A model generated the notes under the pieces. That model was not told where the DNA came from. It saw nothing but the letters and a program-made list of their open reading frames with translations, and searched no databases. From a virus (taxonomy: Duplodnaviria > Caudoviricetes), in IMG/VR virus record IMGVR_UViG_3300023246_000619, positions 1 through 30,570 of that record: a stretch of DNA of 30,570 bases, one strand, 5' to 3'. The translations under genes were made by a program, and so were the position numbers. Positions 1-8,872 of this stretch are shown here, piece by piece. Numbering within the stretch: the first letter of the stretch is position 1; each line of letters begins with the position of its first letter.

Positions 1-674
1 CGTACGGCTTCCACGATCTTCGTGCCTCCGCCACCAGGCTTGAGCACGCCTCTTCCGTTCTGGGAGAAGCCAAGTGCGTCGGGCATGTGTTCCGCGAACC
101 ACAAGATTGACTCCGTCAGCGGGTGTGAAGGATTGAATGCAACATCCCCATACACGCCATCGCCTTCCTTGACAGTTACGCCGGTCGCCTTGCCCCAACG
201 ATCAGCCACCGATCTCGGAGTGTCAGGACTTCGACGATCCGGGTGATCGATGTTGATCTTGATTCCCTCGTACAGTCGAGCCGCATCTTTCAGGGCTTGT
301 GGAGAATAGCGATAGCCGTTCTCCGACGAAGTCCCCAACAACTTGGCTCCACGGATAATGCTAGCATCTCGGTCCACCGTCAACGAACCAGGACGAAAGA
401 TGTCCTCACCCAGCTCGATCTCGTCCATGGATTCACCTCCAGTTAGACCTTCCAGGAATTCACGGTTCTTCTTTACCCACGTCCGAGCTGCACCTCGATC
501 AGGCCATTCGACGGCATCGAACTCAACAGACTGTACAGCTTTGCTTCCGTCCGATCGCCGACCGATGACTGCTTTGGCGCCCTCGGTCAATTCATTCAAT
601 CGCTTAACATGGAAACCCTTGAATGCCCCAGGCTTCCGAATCCGAACCCGAAAGTGTTCTGTTGCCTTGGTCAA
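1..674 (-). CDS. Prohead maturation protease/scaffold-like protein (3' end outside window; absent from ORF track)
   Basis: Hand translation gives an open frame from TTG 674 (TTGA overlap with the upstream stop) to the window edge: ...VDRDASIIRGAKLLGTSSENGYRYSPQALKDAARLYEGIKINIDHPD...GVYGDVAFNPSHPL...LGFSQNG. It lies after portal and MuF, the usual protease position. A second in-frame ATG at 428 has a GGAGGT RBS. Confidence 0.65.
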   Translation of the reverse strand, partial: MTKATEHFRVRIRKPGAFKGFHVKRLNELTEGAKAVIGRRSDGSKAVQSVEFDAVEWPDRGAARTWVKKNREFLEGLTGGESMDEIELGEDIFRPGSLTVDRDASIIRGAKLLGTSSENGYRYSPQALKDAARLYEGIKINIDHPDRRSPDTPRSVADRWGKATGVTVKEGDGVYGDVAFNPSHPLTESILWFAEHMPDALGFSQNGRGVLKPGGGGTKIVEAV

Positions 675-994
675 AGCATTGTCCCTTCGGGCTCTTCTAT
701 TGTTGCAGCAGGAGCTTCGTAACTCAGGCCTTGGAATTCTTGGCTAACGACCCAAACAGCTTTTACAGCCCCATCATACCAAGGCTTGAGTGAGTCAGGA
801 ATCCAACCCCCAAGAATTACTTCTAATGTTGGATTCGTCTTCAAGACTACAAGTAGCCTTATCTTGATCGCAGCGTACCTGGAGTCTATCTTGATTCGTT
901 TGATTCGTCCTTGTAAACGTTCCCCAGTCACTTCATAGACCAATTGCCCTATCTCGACGTTCCGATACTTCAGGACAACTGTATACGTAGTCAT
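671..994 (-). CDS. Hypothetical protein (107 aa), candidate partner/immunity gene of the MuF extension
   Basis: ATG 994 overlaps the MuF stop (TAATG) and the stop overlaps the next start. No recognisable motif. Confidence 0.6.
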   Translation of the reverse strand: MTTYTVVLKYRNVEIGQLVYEVTGERLQGRIKRIKIDSRYAAIKIRLLVVLKTNPTLEVILGGWIPDSLKPWYDGAVKAVWVVSQEFQGLSYEAPAATIEEPEGTML

Positions 995-3900
995 TAGAAT
1001 CCCCGAAGCATCGCCCAAGCTAGGCGAAGATGTTCGTGATCCTTACGGAGGAACTTCAACATAAGCTTCCGGTTCATCAATGCTTCCATTGGCATAGACA
1101 AGCCTTCACCGGGGGCATAGTAATACTCTACCCCTTCGTTTACGGCCTTCGCCAAATTCCCATTGTATATTCGCCCAATGTATGGATCGGCGAACTTGTC
1201 TTCTTTGATGTTGAACGCCTGTATGTAGCCTTTAGAGTGAGACGAGACAGTACTCGACTCCGCCATACGACTATCTAACCATCGATCCATTCGTTCCGCA
1301 GCTCGACCATTACGATAGAATAGATGGTGCCCGAACTCATGGGTGAGTGTATTAGTCGTTCCCTGACGCCCCCATCTATCCCCTATTTTGATGTAGTTGA
1401 GATCCGGATTCGCTGCGCCTTCCTTACCTGGAATCTTCGACATGGTAATATGATGAAGCCTACTTCTAGAATCCATGGCTTCACCCGAAGGAGCTCTCAG
1501 CATTGTATCATCAACACAAGTAAGCATCTCCCGAAAGTCTTTCTTCAACTTCTTCCGAAGACTACCGGGATTCGAACCGCCCCCTTTACCAAATGCAACA
1601 ATCCAGTTGTCAATCTTCTTGTCCATATTTCTGACGATACGCCGTTTCGCATCCGACGCAGTAAGGGCAGCTTCTACGCTATCGAAGCCCTGTGCCTTCC
1701 GCAACGCATCCCGATACTGCTGCATCATTCGGTTTGCGTCAGAAGCTTTATGCCAACTGGCATTGGTCATTTCATCTAGATCAATACCCAGCTTCATCAT
1801 ATCACGGTAGGCTTCGTTTGCCGCATTCCAATAGTTGTCATCGAATGCAGGCTTCAGCACAGGGGGTTTGCTTGGTGCGACTACTGGTGTAGGTGGTTTC
1901 GTGGGTAGCTTGGGTAGCTTGGGTTTCGATATTGCTTTTGCTCCCGGCTCCCAGAGAGACACTCTTTTGATTCGGTCCGGATGTTTCGCAGCATACCAAT
2001 GTGCCAAATCATACTGTACAGTATCTCTGAATCGTCCTAGGGTCTTAACGTGTCCAACGTCATCGATGACTATCGCCCGAATGGGTAAACCTAACTTCCG
2101 AGCCGCAGTCACTCTATGAATCCCGTCAATTACTTCTAGACTGCCATCAGCCATTCGGTGCACTAATACTGGAGGAGCGTTGGCCATGTCCCCACCAGAA
2201 AGGAAACCCTTGAGCTTCTTCTCGTGTGCACCGAACTCGTTCCACGTGGATGCAACGACTTTATTCGGATCTAGGTCTTCAAGTGAAACGTGCCCTTTTA
2301 ACCCTCGTATAACGTCATCAAGTTCCTTTTGATTCTCTACCATCATAGTACCGACAAAGTCTGATCGCTTAATCTTCTGCAAGGGTCCAGACCCAACTGG
2401 TGCAGGTAGATCCAGATCAGGTGTCGGCTTCGATATTGGTATCGGCTTCGGCTTCACAGGAGTAAGCTTAATTGGTGTAGGCTTCGGAGGTGTAGGTACA
2501 GGCTTCAATGGTTTAGGGACTCCGATAGTCGGAGCTGCTCCTTTAGCCTTGCCCCCAGAATCGGCGAAAGCCTGGAAGTTGGCTCTTAGGCGTCTACGGA
2601 ATTCAGCCTCGACTTTATCCGTAGCTAATAGGGTACTCTTGAGATCGTTCCATACCAACCGTTCGGCGTCGGTAAGGTTATCCGCCAACAATCGCTTATC
2701 CAGATCCTTCACACGATTGACGACGTAACGATTCTTACCGTCTACCTCACCGTACTTCTTTCTGAGACCGAACAGCCGACGGTATTCCTGCTGGCGAGCT
2801 GCGGCTATCTCCTTCTCGATTGGAGTCAACTTCTCCAATGACTCAGCAATGATTGGGGCGAGGCTCTTCTCCCTTTGAAGAACCACAGTCCTTTCAACAA
2901 TGCCTCGAATGTTGAGTTCGGTACGAGTCATCATCTCGCCAACTGACTCAGCAGCCAGTCGACGCATAGGAACTAAGGTACCGTCATCGGGCATGTAGAA
3001 GTTAGGCCATGTTGGATCCTGGCCTGCGCCAAGGTCGTCGAGCTTCCTTTTGACCAAGGAGAATCTACGTGTCCCTACAATACGTCTCTGCCTAACGGGT
3101 TCTTGTCTATCGAACCAATTCCCAAAAACGACAGGATCTTCAATCGGTCCATCGACACTAGCAACAACAGCCGGCTCAGTGCCGCCATCGAACACACCAG
3201 GAATATCTGCAACTACGGGTTGATCATCGCACCTACAATTGGGTTCGTCAGGAACCATTGGACGATTGTCCGCATGGCCCTTTGCGCCTTCTGGCAGTTC
3301 CCCTCTTGCATTGGGGTATGCGTAGAAGTCCCCATGACGAGCTGCGTGATGCGTCCGGGTACGTTCATCAAAGGTAGCTACGAGTCTCCACCCTGACATT
3401 ACGTCCCGGAACTGTTCCATCTGTTCACGTTTCGCCATGTGCGAAACCCGCAGTGCCTCAGTCCTAGCAATCCTTTCGGCAGCAGCCTTATCCCTATTGA
3501 CGAACGGTGCAATCTGTTTGGCGATCTGTCTCGGGTTCTTTCCTGCAGCAATCCCCGAGGCAATGTTATCAGCTACGGCCTTATGGTTCTGAGTTTGCCC
3601 AGACAGCTTCGTAATGCGTTGCTTCCAATTCAACCCATCCTTGGCACTTGGAGGTGGGGCGAAGATCAGCTGATCCGCCTTCGCTCTCGGCATGGGCTTG
3701 TACAGTTCTCGAGCAGCCTTAGGATTCGTCGACTGACTGAAGTCGACTGCCTCCATTTGTTCTCGATACCTCAAGTACTCCCAATACTGCCATGGAAGCA
3801 CATCCATCATTGCGTCAAAGGTATCTTCGTACGACCACCGATTGGTCTTCTTGAATTCTTTGTACAGCAGTGCGTCAACCGCTTTCCATAGCTTTGCATA

Positions 3901-4092
3901 ACGCTTTTGGATTGCGAGTTGGTACCAAACGTAGTCCTTGCCCGAATCAACAAACAGAGGAAATAGATCCAGCCACCATTTGGTGAATAGCCGTTCGACC
4001 TTACGGCCGATGTCGTCACGCCTTTCCAGTGCCAGCACCATGTGCTGGGTGAAACGAGCATGAACCATTTCCTGGTGTCTACGCTTCAGCAC
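994..4092 (-). CDS. Minor head protein MuF (SPP1 gp7-like) with ParB/Srx-like domain and C-terminal HExxH metallopeptidase-like domain
   Basis: MuF motifs AERIARTE, W...ATFDERTRTHHAARHG and PNCRC; ParB-like PPVLV...LEVIDGIHRVTAARKLG; THEFGHH followed by a downstream E..SM motif; Pro/Lys linkers; directly after portal. Confidence 0.85.
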   Translation of the reverse strand: MLKRRHQEMVHARFTQHMVLALERRDDIGRKVERLFTKWWLDLFPLFVDSGKDYVWYQLAIQKRYAKLWKAVDALLYKEFKKTNRWSYEDTFDAMMDVLPWQYWEYLRYREQMEAVDFSQSTNPKAARELYKPMPRAKADQLIFAPPPSAKDGLNWKQRITKLSGQTQNHKAVADNIASGIAAGKNPRQIAKQIAPFVNRDKAAAERIARTEALRVSHMAKREQMEQFRDVMSGWRLVATFDERTRTHHAARHGDFYAYPNARGELPEGAKGHADNRPMVPDEPNCRCDDQPVVADIPGVFDGGTEPAVVASVDGPIEDPVVFGNWFDRQEPVRQRRIVGTRRFSLVKRKLDDLGAGQDPTWPNFYMPDDGTLVPMRRLAAESVGEMMTRTELNIRGIVERTVVLQREKSLAPIIAESLEKLTPIEKEIAAARQQEYRRLFGLRKKYGEVDGKNRYVVNRVKDLDKRLLADNLTDAERLVWNDLKSTLLATDKVEAEFRRRLRANFQAFADSGGKAKGAAPTIGVPKPLKPVPTPPKPTPIKLTPVKPKPIPISKPTPDLDLPAPVGSGPLQKIKRSDFVGTMMVENQKELDDVIRGLKGHVSLEDLDPNKVVASTWNEFGAHEKKLKGFLSGGDMANAPPVLVHRMADGSLEVIDGIHRVTAARKLGLPIRAIVIDDVGHVKTLGRFRDTVQYDLAHWYAAKHPDRIKRVSLWEPGAKAISKPKLPKLPTKPPTPVVAPSKPPVLKPAFDDNYWNAANEAYRDMMKLGIDLDEMTNASWHKASDANRMMQQYRDALRKAQGFDSVEAALTASDAKRRIVRNMDKKIDNWIVAFGKGGGSNPGSLRKKLKKDFREMLTCVDDTMLRAPSGEAMDSRSRLHHITMSKIPGKEGAANPDLNYIKIGDRWGRQGTTNTLTHEFGHHLFYRNGRAAERMDRWLDSRMAESSTVSSHSKGYIQAFNIKEDKFADPYIGRIYNGNLAKAVNEGVEYYYAPGEGLSMPMEALMNRKLMLKFLRKDHEHLRLAWAMLRGF

Positions 4093-5570
4093 TAGTCCTC
4101 GGTCGTCTCCTCTTCTGCGTCGTCTTCACCTTCGCCAGGTAGAGGAAGTGGGTTTCTCAGCATCCCCAGTTCCGCCTCTTCGTCCAATCGAATCTGTTCC
4201 TCGTCGAAGTCGTAACCCTTCTTCTCGGCCCACGTACGAGCAGACACAACACCGTTCGTATGTTCGATCTGCATTGTCTCTGCTTCCGCCTTTTCGTCCC
4301 TTACAGTCAAGGACGGGGACGTAACGTCGATGTCAAGGGTAAGTGCTTCCTCCGAAAGCAGGCCGAATGTAACTGCGTCTTCAACCGCCATCCAGACCAA
4401 ACCGAGAAGAGGATCCTGGAAAAACTTCTGACGACGTTGAAAGTTCTTTACCGCAGGTCCTTCGGCAACCATCGTCGATGCGTAGTTGGCGTTGCTAGCA
4501 TCCGACGTGAACATGAACTCTGGCATCACTAAGCGGGCAGCAATGGCCCTGAGTTCTGCCTGCAGGATCATGACGAACTTATCAGCCGCAATCCCCGCAA
4601 TGGGCATTGTATACGTCATGCCCTTGGGGACGTCGACGATTGATCCTGGGGTGATTCGTTTGTGGTACGAAGTCTTGGCCGTTGATTGATTCGTGATGTC
4701 GAAGTCTGATTGTTCGTCTCGGAAAGTCTGAACCTGGTCCTTACTGAAACCCTCGTGCTGTCTGATCAAAGCGATCGCAGCCTGGATCTGTGCAACTACA
4801 GACATGTTCCGAAGCAACTTCTCGGCTCGGGAGAAGTTCTTCTGTACTGGGTAGTACGTGGGAACACCTCTCTTCGTACCCGAAGTCACATTGGCCTTGA
4901 TGTGAATTACGTCAGCGGCATCAATGAATTCTTCATTGACCCAGTAACCGAGTACTGTCTCGGTATCTTCCGGATCCGTCTGAATGCCCCAAGAACTGGC
5001 TTTCTCTCCTCGCCTCTTCTGGGGCTGCCTCACGGTTTCCGGTTCGATGAAACGTACCAGCGGAACAGGGATTTCGCTCATGCCCTGTTTGAAGATGCGG
5101 AGGAATACTTCCCCATCACGATCCGCTCGGTACACGATTTCCTGTTCCCGTTCGGACCACTTGTTGGCGTCAATGAATGCGTCGACGATTACTTGAACAG
5201 AGGCAATGAATTCGTCGGAGTGGCTCGAGTCCTTTGGGGCCGTAACCCGATACTGCAAACCAGTGCCAACGATGTACGAGATGCGATTGTCGAAACCGTT
5301 GATTGCCCATTCATTCGTCTCGGACAATTGCCGACTTTTGACTCGAGCAGCATCCAGCTCTTCCTCGGTCGTCAGTCTTCGAGACCCGAAGGCAGTGCCC
5401 TCGTAGCCCACAGGTGACCACATCTCGTCACCCTCCATGTAGGCTTCACGAGGGTCGACGTACTGGTCGTAGTAGAAGCTGGATGCCTCGAGGAGCTTGC
5501 TCCGTGCCTCGATCAATTGAGTCTGCAAAGCCTCCTGAGCCTTTTCAACTTTGGACTTAAGAAACCACAC
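4092..5570 (-). CDS. Phage portal protein
   Basis: 492 aa with RDGEVFLR, VRFIEPE, DVIHIK...KRGVP and DASNANYAS portal-type motifs, an acidic C-terminal tail, and a position upstream of MuF. Confidence 0.9.
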   Translation of the reverse strand: MWFLKSKVEKAQEALQTQLIEARSKLLEASSFYYDQYVDPREAYMEGDEMWSPVGYEGTAFGSRRLTTEEELDAARVKSRQLSETNEWAINGFDNRISYIVGTGLQYRVTAPKDSSHSDEFIASVQVIVDAFIDANKWSEREQEIVYRADRDGEVFLRIFKQGMSEIPVPLVRFIEPETVRQPQKRRGEKASSWGIQTDPEDTETVLGYWVNEEFIDAADVIHIKANVTSGTKRGVPTYYPVQKNFSRAEKLLRNMSVVAQIQAAIALIRQHEGFSKDQVQTFRDEQSDFDITNQSTAKTSYHKRITPGSIVDVPKGMTYTMPIAGIAADKFVMILQAELRAIAARLVMPEFMFTSDASNANYASTMVAEGPAVKNFQRRQKFFQDPLLGLVWMAVEDAVTFGLLSEEALTLDIDVTSPSLTVRDEKAEAETMQIEHTNGVVSARTWAEKKGYDFDEEQIRLDEEAELGMLRNPLPLPGEGEDDAEEETTED

Positions 5571-6453
5571 TATGGCTCCTCCGGAATTCCTCGACCACTC
5601 GGCGTACCCCGTCTTCGAGGGATATCTGGGGACTGAAGCCGAGTAGCTCCTGAAGTTCCAGATCCGGGGTCTTGTGTGGAGTCATTCTGATGGGGAGCGT
5701 AATCTCATCGAAGATGGGTTCACGTTCCGCAACTCGTCCGATCAAACGGACGAGTTCCAGCATTGTCTGTTTATTCGGATTCCCGACGTTAACAGTATCG
5801 GGCAATGTCACATGACGAATCAAAGATGCCATGAACAGGACAGCATCGTCCATGTGCATCCAAGACCTTGACGTATCTGTATGAAGCTGGAAACCATGCC
5901 CCAAGCAAATGTCCCGAACGAACCGAATCATTGCTGACCTGTTGTCTTGTGCAGCCTCGTCTTCGTGATAGAACATGAACGGGCGTAGGATGCAATAGTC
6001 CTCTGCCCAATAACGAACAGCGTGCTCCCCTAACAGTTTCGTTTTCCCATACCAGTTGTTGGGTTCGCAAGGTCCGTTCTCGGACATCTTGTTCTCAACA
6101 GGACCGTATACTTCACTTGTTGAAATATGAATGAGTCTCGATCCATGCCGTCTGCACAGGGTGGCTACATTCAGAGCACCTGTGACATTCGCCGCCAACG
6201 CTTGGGCAGGCGCACGTTCACAGGTCACTCGAGAAACCATCCCCGCAAGATTGTAGACGACTGTGGGTTCGAAGTCGTCGAACATCCTGCCAAGGTCCAA
6301 AGCGTCCCGAACATCGACTGCGTAGAAGTTGCCTCGATGGTCAGGACGAAGATCGCCCTCGAACACTTCGGCTCCAGGAACCAGCTCCTTCAACGCAGGA
6401 ACTAGGTGCCTTCCGATATGCCCCAAAGAACCCAGTACGAGAATTCTCATCAT
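5557..6453 (-). CDS. NAD-dependent nucleotide-sugar epimerase/dehydratase (extended SDR)
   Basis: GSLGHIG Rossmann motif, NLAG, STSEVYG, YGKTK (YxxxK), VNVGN. Confidence 0.92.
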   Translation of the reverse strand: MMRILVLGSLGHIGRHLVPALKELVPGAEVFEGDLRPDHRGNFYAVDVRDALDLGRMFDDFEPTVVYNLAGMVSRVTCERAPAQALAANVTGALNVATLCRRHGSRLIHISTSEVYGPVENKMSENGPCEPNNWYGKTKLLGEHAVRYWAEDYCILRPFMFYHEDEAAQDNRSAMIRFVRDICLGHGFQLHTDTSRSWMHMDDAVLFMASLIRHVTLPDTVNVGNPNKQTMLELVRLIGRVAEREPIFDEITLPIRMTPHKTPDLELQELLGFSPQISLEDGVRRVVEEFRRSHSVVS

Positions 6454-7178
6454 GTCCTCGAATGCTTGATGTGAGCTGCGACAGCTTTGCCAAGACCGAG
6501 AATCCTGACACTAGGTGTCTGAATCATCTTCTCGGCGAAAGCTGCGTCCGCACCCCTATCGTGAGTATTGTCCATTTTGGTGTCGTAGCCACCTAGGGCT
6601 TCCCATAGGTCCTTGCGGATCGCACCACAGAAGAAGAATGGAAGAGGCCTTTCGTGTCCAGTGTATACTGGCCAACCTTCACACTTGGGCAACTCGTGCT
6701 GCAACGTCTTAGCTGTTTCCTTGCCCCAGTCCTCGCCATGATACTTCTGAACCAACACATCCCTTTGCCAACCGGCGGCATTGACAAGGAAGCGAACTTC
6801 CTCAAAGGACATGTTCAAGACTCGGGCGAATACTATGTCAGCTTCGTCTCGATCAATTGGCCCAATCAATTGTCCAACTAGATCCCTTGAAAGGTGAGCA
6901 ACCTCAGGGCTCTGTTGTATGATAACCGTTGACCAAGGAAGCGCCATGCACGTGTTGAAGGCTCGAAGAGGATACCTACTGTATCCTGTATCGGAGAAGT
7001 GAGTTGCTCGAATCAATGGGCTTGACTGTTGCTGCTTTCTGATCCATTGTTCGGATCCGTCATCTGAACCGTCGTTGACGATACAGATTTCATTGACGCC
7101 ACCCTCAAGCCAGGATGGGAAAGCTACCTCAGCTTCCTTGAGTCGATTCCTCCAAGGCATAGCTATTGCTACTGTCAT
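6450..7178 (-). CDS. Glycosyltransferase family 2-like
   Basis: IAMPWRNR, EICIVNDGSDDGS, WEALGGYD...GAD. The canonical DxD position appears to be replaced by QSPE. Confidence 0.8.
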   Translation of the reverse strand: MTVAIAMPWRNRLKEAEVAFPSWLEGGVNEICIVNDGSDDGSEQWIRKQQQSSPLIRATHFSDTGYSRYPLRAFNTCMALPWSTVIIQQSPEVAHLSRDLVGQLIGPIDRDEADIVFARVLNMSFEEVRFLVNAAGWQRDVLVQKYHGEDWGKETAKTLQHELPKCEGWPVYTGHERPLPFFFCGAIRKDLWEALGGYDTKMDNTHDRGADAAFAEKMIQTPSVRILGLGKAVAAHIKHSRT

Positions 7179-7732
7179 TCGTACCCAAACAGTCTGAAGT
7201 CAGGAAGTGCCCAATCCCGAATAAGCTGACGAGCCCATTCATCCACTTCGGGCTTCTTTTCCATTCCTTTGTTTACGTGAGGGAAGTCGTGGATACTTCC
7301 TACGAAAGGCAACCGCAGATACGAGTCTGGAGTCTCCTCGAAGTGGAAGATGTGAAGACTCGATCCCAGCCCATGAAGGAATTCATGTTGAGGTAGAAAC
7401 ATGACTCGATTGGGATCGTTGTACAAGGGCAGTTCCTCAACAAGCCACTGGAGGAACTCGTGCCAAGGCAACTTGGGCAGATTCGGATATTTGTCCTTGT
7501 GCTGTTTCATTGCCCATGAATACAATGACTGAGCTCTTGTATACGGGTTCCTTACAGTTGTGAAAAGGTAGAAACCCTCTTCTTTCAAGTGCTCAGTGTC
7601 TTCAGGTAGACCGTGATAAGCCCCTTTACTGACTCCACCAAAGTTTGGTCTCTTCAACCAGTTACAAGTCGAGAGACTCCCTGTGCGTGGAGTAGCAATG
7701 TACACGAATCTACAGTGATTGGAAACGATCAT
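7175..7732 (-). CDS. PAPS-dependent sulfotransferase (Sulfotransfer_2-like)
   Basis: FVYIATPRTGSLS (5'-PSB loop), FTTVRNPYTRAQSLY (3'-PB), F.PQ..FL, PHVN and C-terminal DFRLFGY. Confidence 0.85.
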   Translation of the reverse strand: MIVSNHCRFVYIATPRTGSLSTCNWLKRPNFGGVSKGAYHGLPEDTEHLKEEGFYLFTTVRNPYTRAQSLYSWAMKQHKDKYPNLPKLPWHEFLQWLVEELPLYNDPNRVMFLPQHEFLHGLGSSLHIFHFEETPDSYLRLPFVGSIHDFPHVNKGMEKKPEVDEWARQLIRDWALPDFRLFGYE

Positions 7733-8043
7733 ATCTGGACAGTTCCTTCAGCCATGTCTTCAATCGAATACACGGTACGTAGGTGTTCCTCAGCCATCAG
7801 CTCCAGGATTGTTACCCTGTGACGTACGATCACAACGGGAATCGAGTGCTTCCCTATACAAAGAGTTGCCCCTTGGGGACATGGCATTGTAGGAATACGT
7901 TTCAGCAAACGAACGTTGAGCGTACCTCGTTCTATTCGTTGCCACTTCATCTGGGTACGTAGATTCTCGAGGACGCCCTCGCCCCAGCTAGAATCCTGGA
8001 CGACTGAGGCTTTTCCCGATCCGGGAATGACTCTACACTTCAT
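7729..8043 (-). CDS. CTP-dependent riboflavin kinase-like protein (DUF120 cradle-loop barrel), 104 aa
   Basis: Start moved to ATG 8043 (ATGA overlap). RVIPGSGKA, GTLNVRL and ILELMAEEHLRTVYSIED match the archaeal RibK pattern V.SG.GEG / PGTLN / EIIA..LR..L.D. Confidence 0.65.
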   Translation of the reverse strand: MKCRVIPGSGKASVVQDSSWGEGVLENLRTQMKWQRIERGTLNVRLLKRIPTMPCPQGATLCIGKHSIPVVIVRHRVTILELMAEEHLRTVYSIEDMAEGTVQI

Positions 8044-8675
8044 CTCCACAACAGCACCGTTTCTCGCCCACCTGTGTGTAGAGCTGGGCCTCGGTACTCC
8101 CAATTGAACCGTGACATCGCTTCTTCGATTACGTCCCGAGACCACGCTGATTCGATACCCAAACGTTTGATGACGTAATCATCAGCTGTGAAAGGGCCTT
8201 CGAACAGGATCCTGCCACCTGGGGCTAAGATCTGATCGAGCCAATTGAACCAGTGATCGTGATCCGGTATTAGCTTGTACAGGTGGTGGTAAACTGACCA
8301 CATGTATATGACATCGAAATAAGATTCAATGTCATCTAGAGCCGTATGGAAATTGACTCGACTCATCCATTCGTGACCTAGATCGTCTCGTACCGTATCT
8401 CGAAAGGTCATTGCCCAGGCAAGTCGGATCGAGTCTACGTCAACCCCCAGAACATTGGAGGCTCCACGCTCTGCCGCCAGGAAACTGAAGAAGCCCAGGT
8501 TACATCCGATATCCAGTACGTCCATGCCAACGCAGTCATCGAGCAAATCGCCCCAAGACTCCATCTTCTTGGAAACCTTGACACCAGGAGTCAACCCAAC
8601 GTCATCGCAGCCGAATTGCTGATACTTGTATCCTGTACCTAGCTGCAACTTCACCAGTTCGTTTACTGTTGTCAT
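8040..8675 (-). CDS. Class I SAM-dependent methyltransferase
   Basis: VLDIGCNLGFFS...GASNVLGVD (motifs I/II), FDVI...SVYHHL, LAPGGRILFE. Confidence 0.9.
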   Translation of the reverse strand: MTTVNELVKLQLGTGYKYQQFGCDDVGLTPGVKVSKKMESWGDLLDDCVGMDVLDIGCNLGFFSFLAAERGASNVLGVDVDSIRLAWAMTFRDTVRDDLGHEWMSRVNFHTALDDIESYFDVIYMWSVYHHLYKLIPDHDHWFNWLDQILAPGGRILFEGPFTADDYVIKRLGIESAWSRDVIEEAMSRFNWEYRGPALHTGGRETVLLWR

Positions 8676-8872
8676 GACTTCATTCGTACCCGTTCAATGT
8701 CACAACAGTGCTTGTTCTTCTTCTTGCTCCCGCAAGGACATGGATCGTTACGTCCAACCTTTTTCACCTTGCCCTTACGTAACAAGTCGTCGGGGGTTTG
8801 GGCAGTTGCCAAGGACCGTAGAAATTGCTGCCTACGTTGAATCATTTCCTCGGACATATATGTACTATCCAT
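8672..8872 (-). CDS. Small SEC-C metal-binding motif protein
   Basis: KVGRNDPCPCGSKKKNKHCC is a near-canonical SecA C-terminal motif. The gene overlaps both neighbours. Confidence 0.85.
   Translation of the reverse strand: MDSTYMSEEMIQRRQQFLRSLATAQTPDDLLRKGKVKKVGRNDPCPCGSKKKNKHCCDIERVRMKS

Noticed and set aside
2060-2330. ParB domain as evidence of a plasmid-prophage partition system
   Set aside because: It is internal to MuF, lacks the HTH, and no parA is present.
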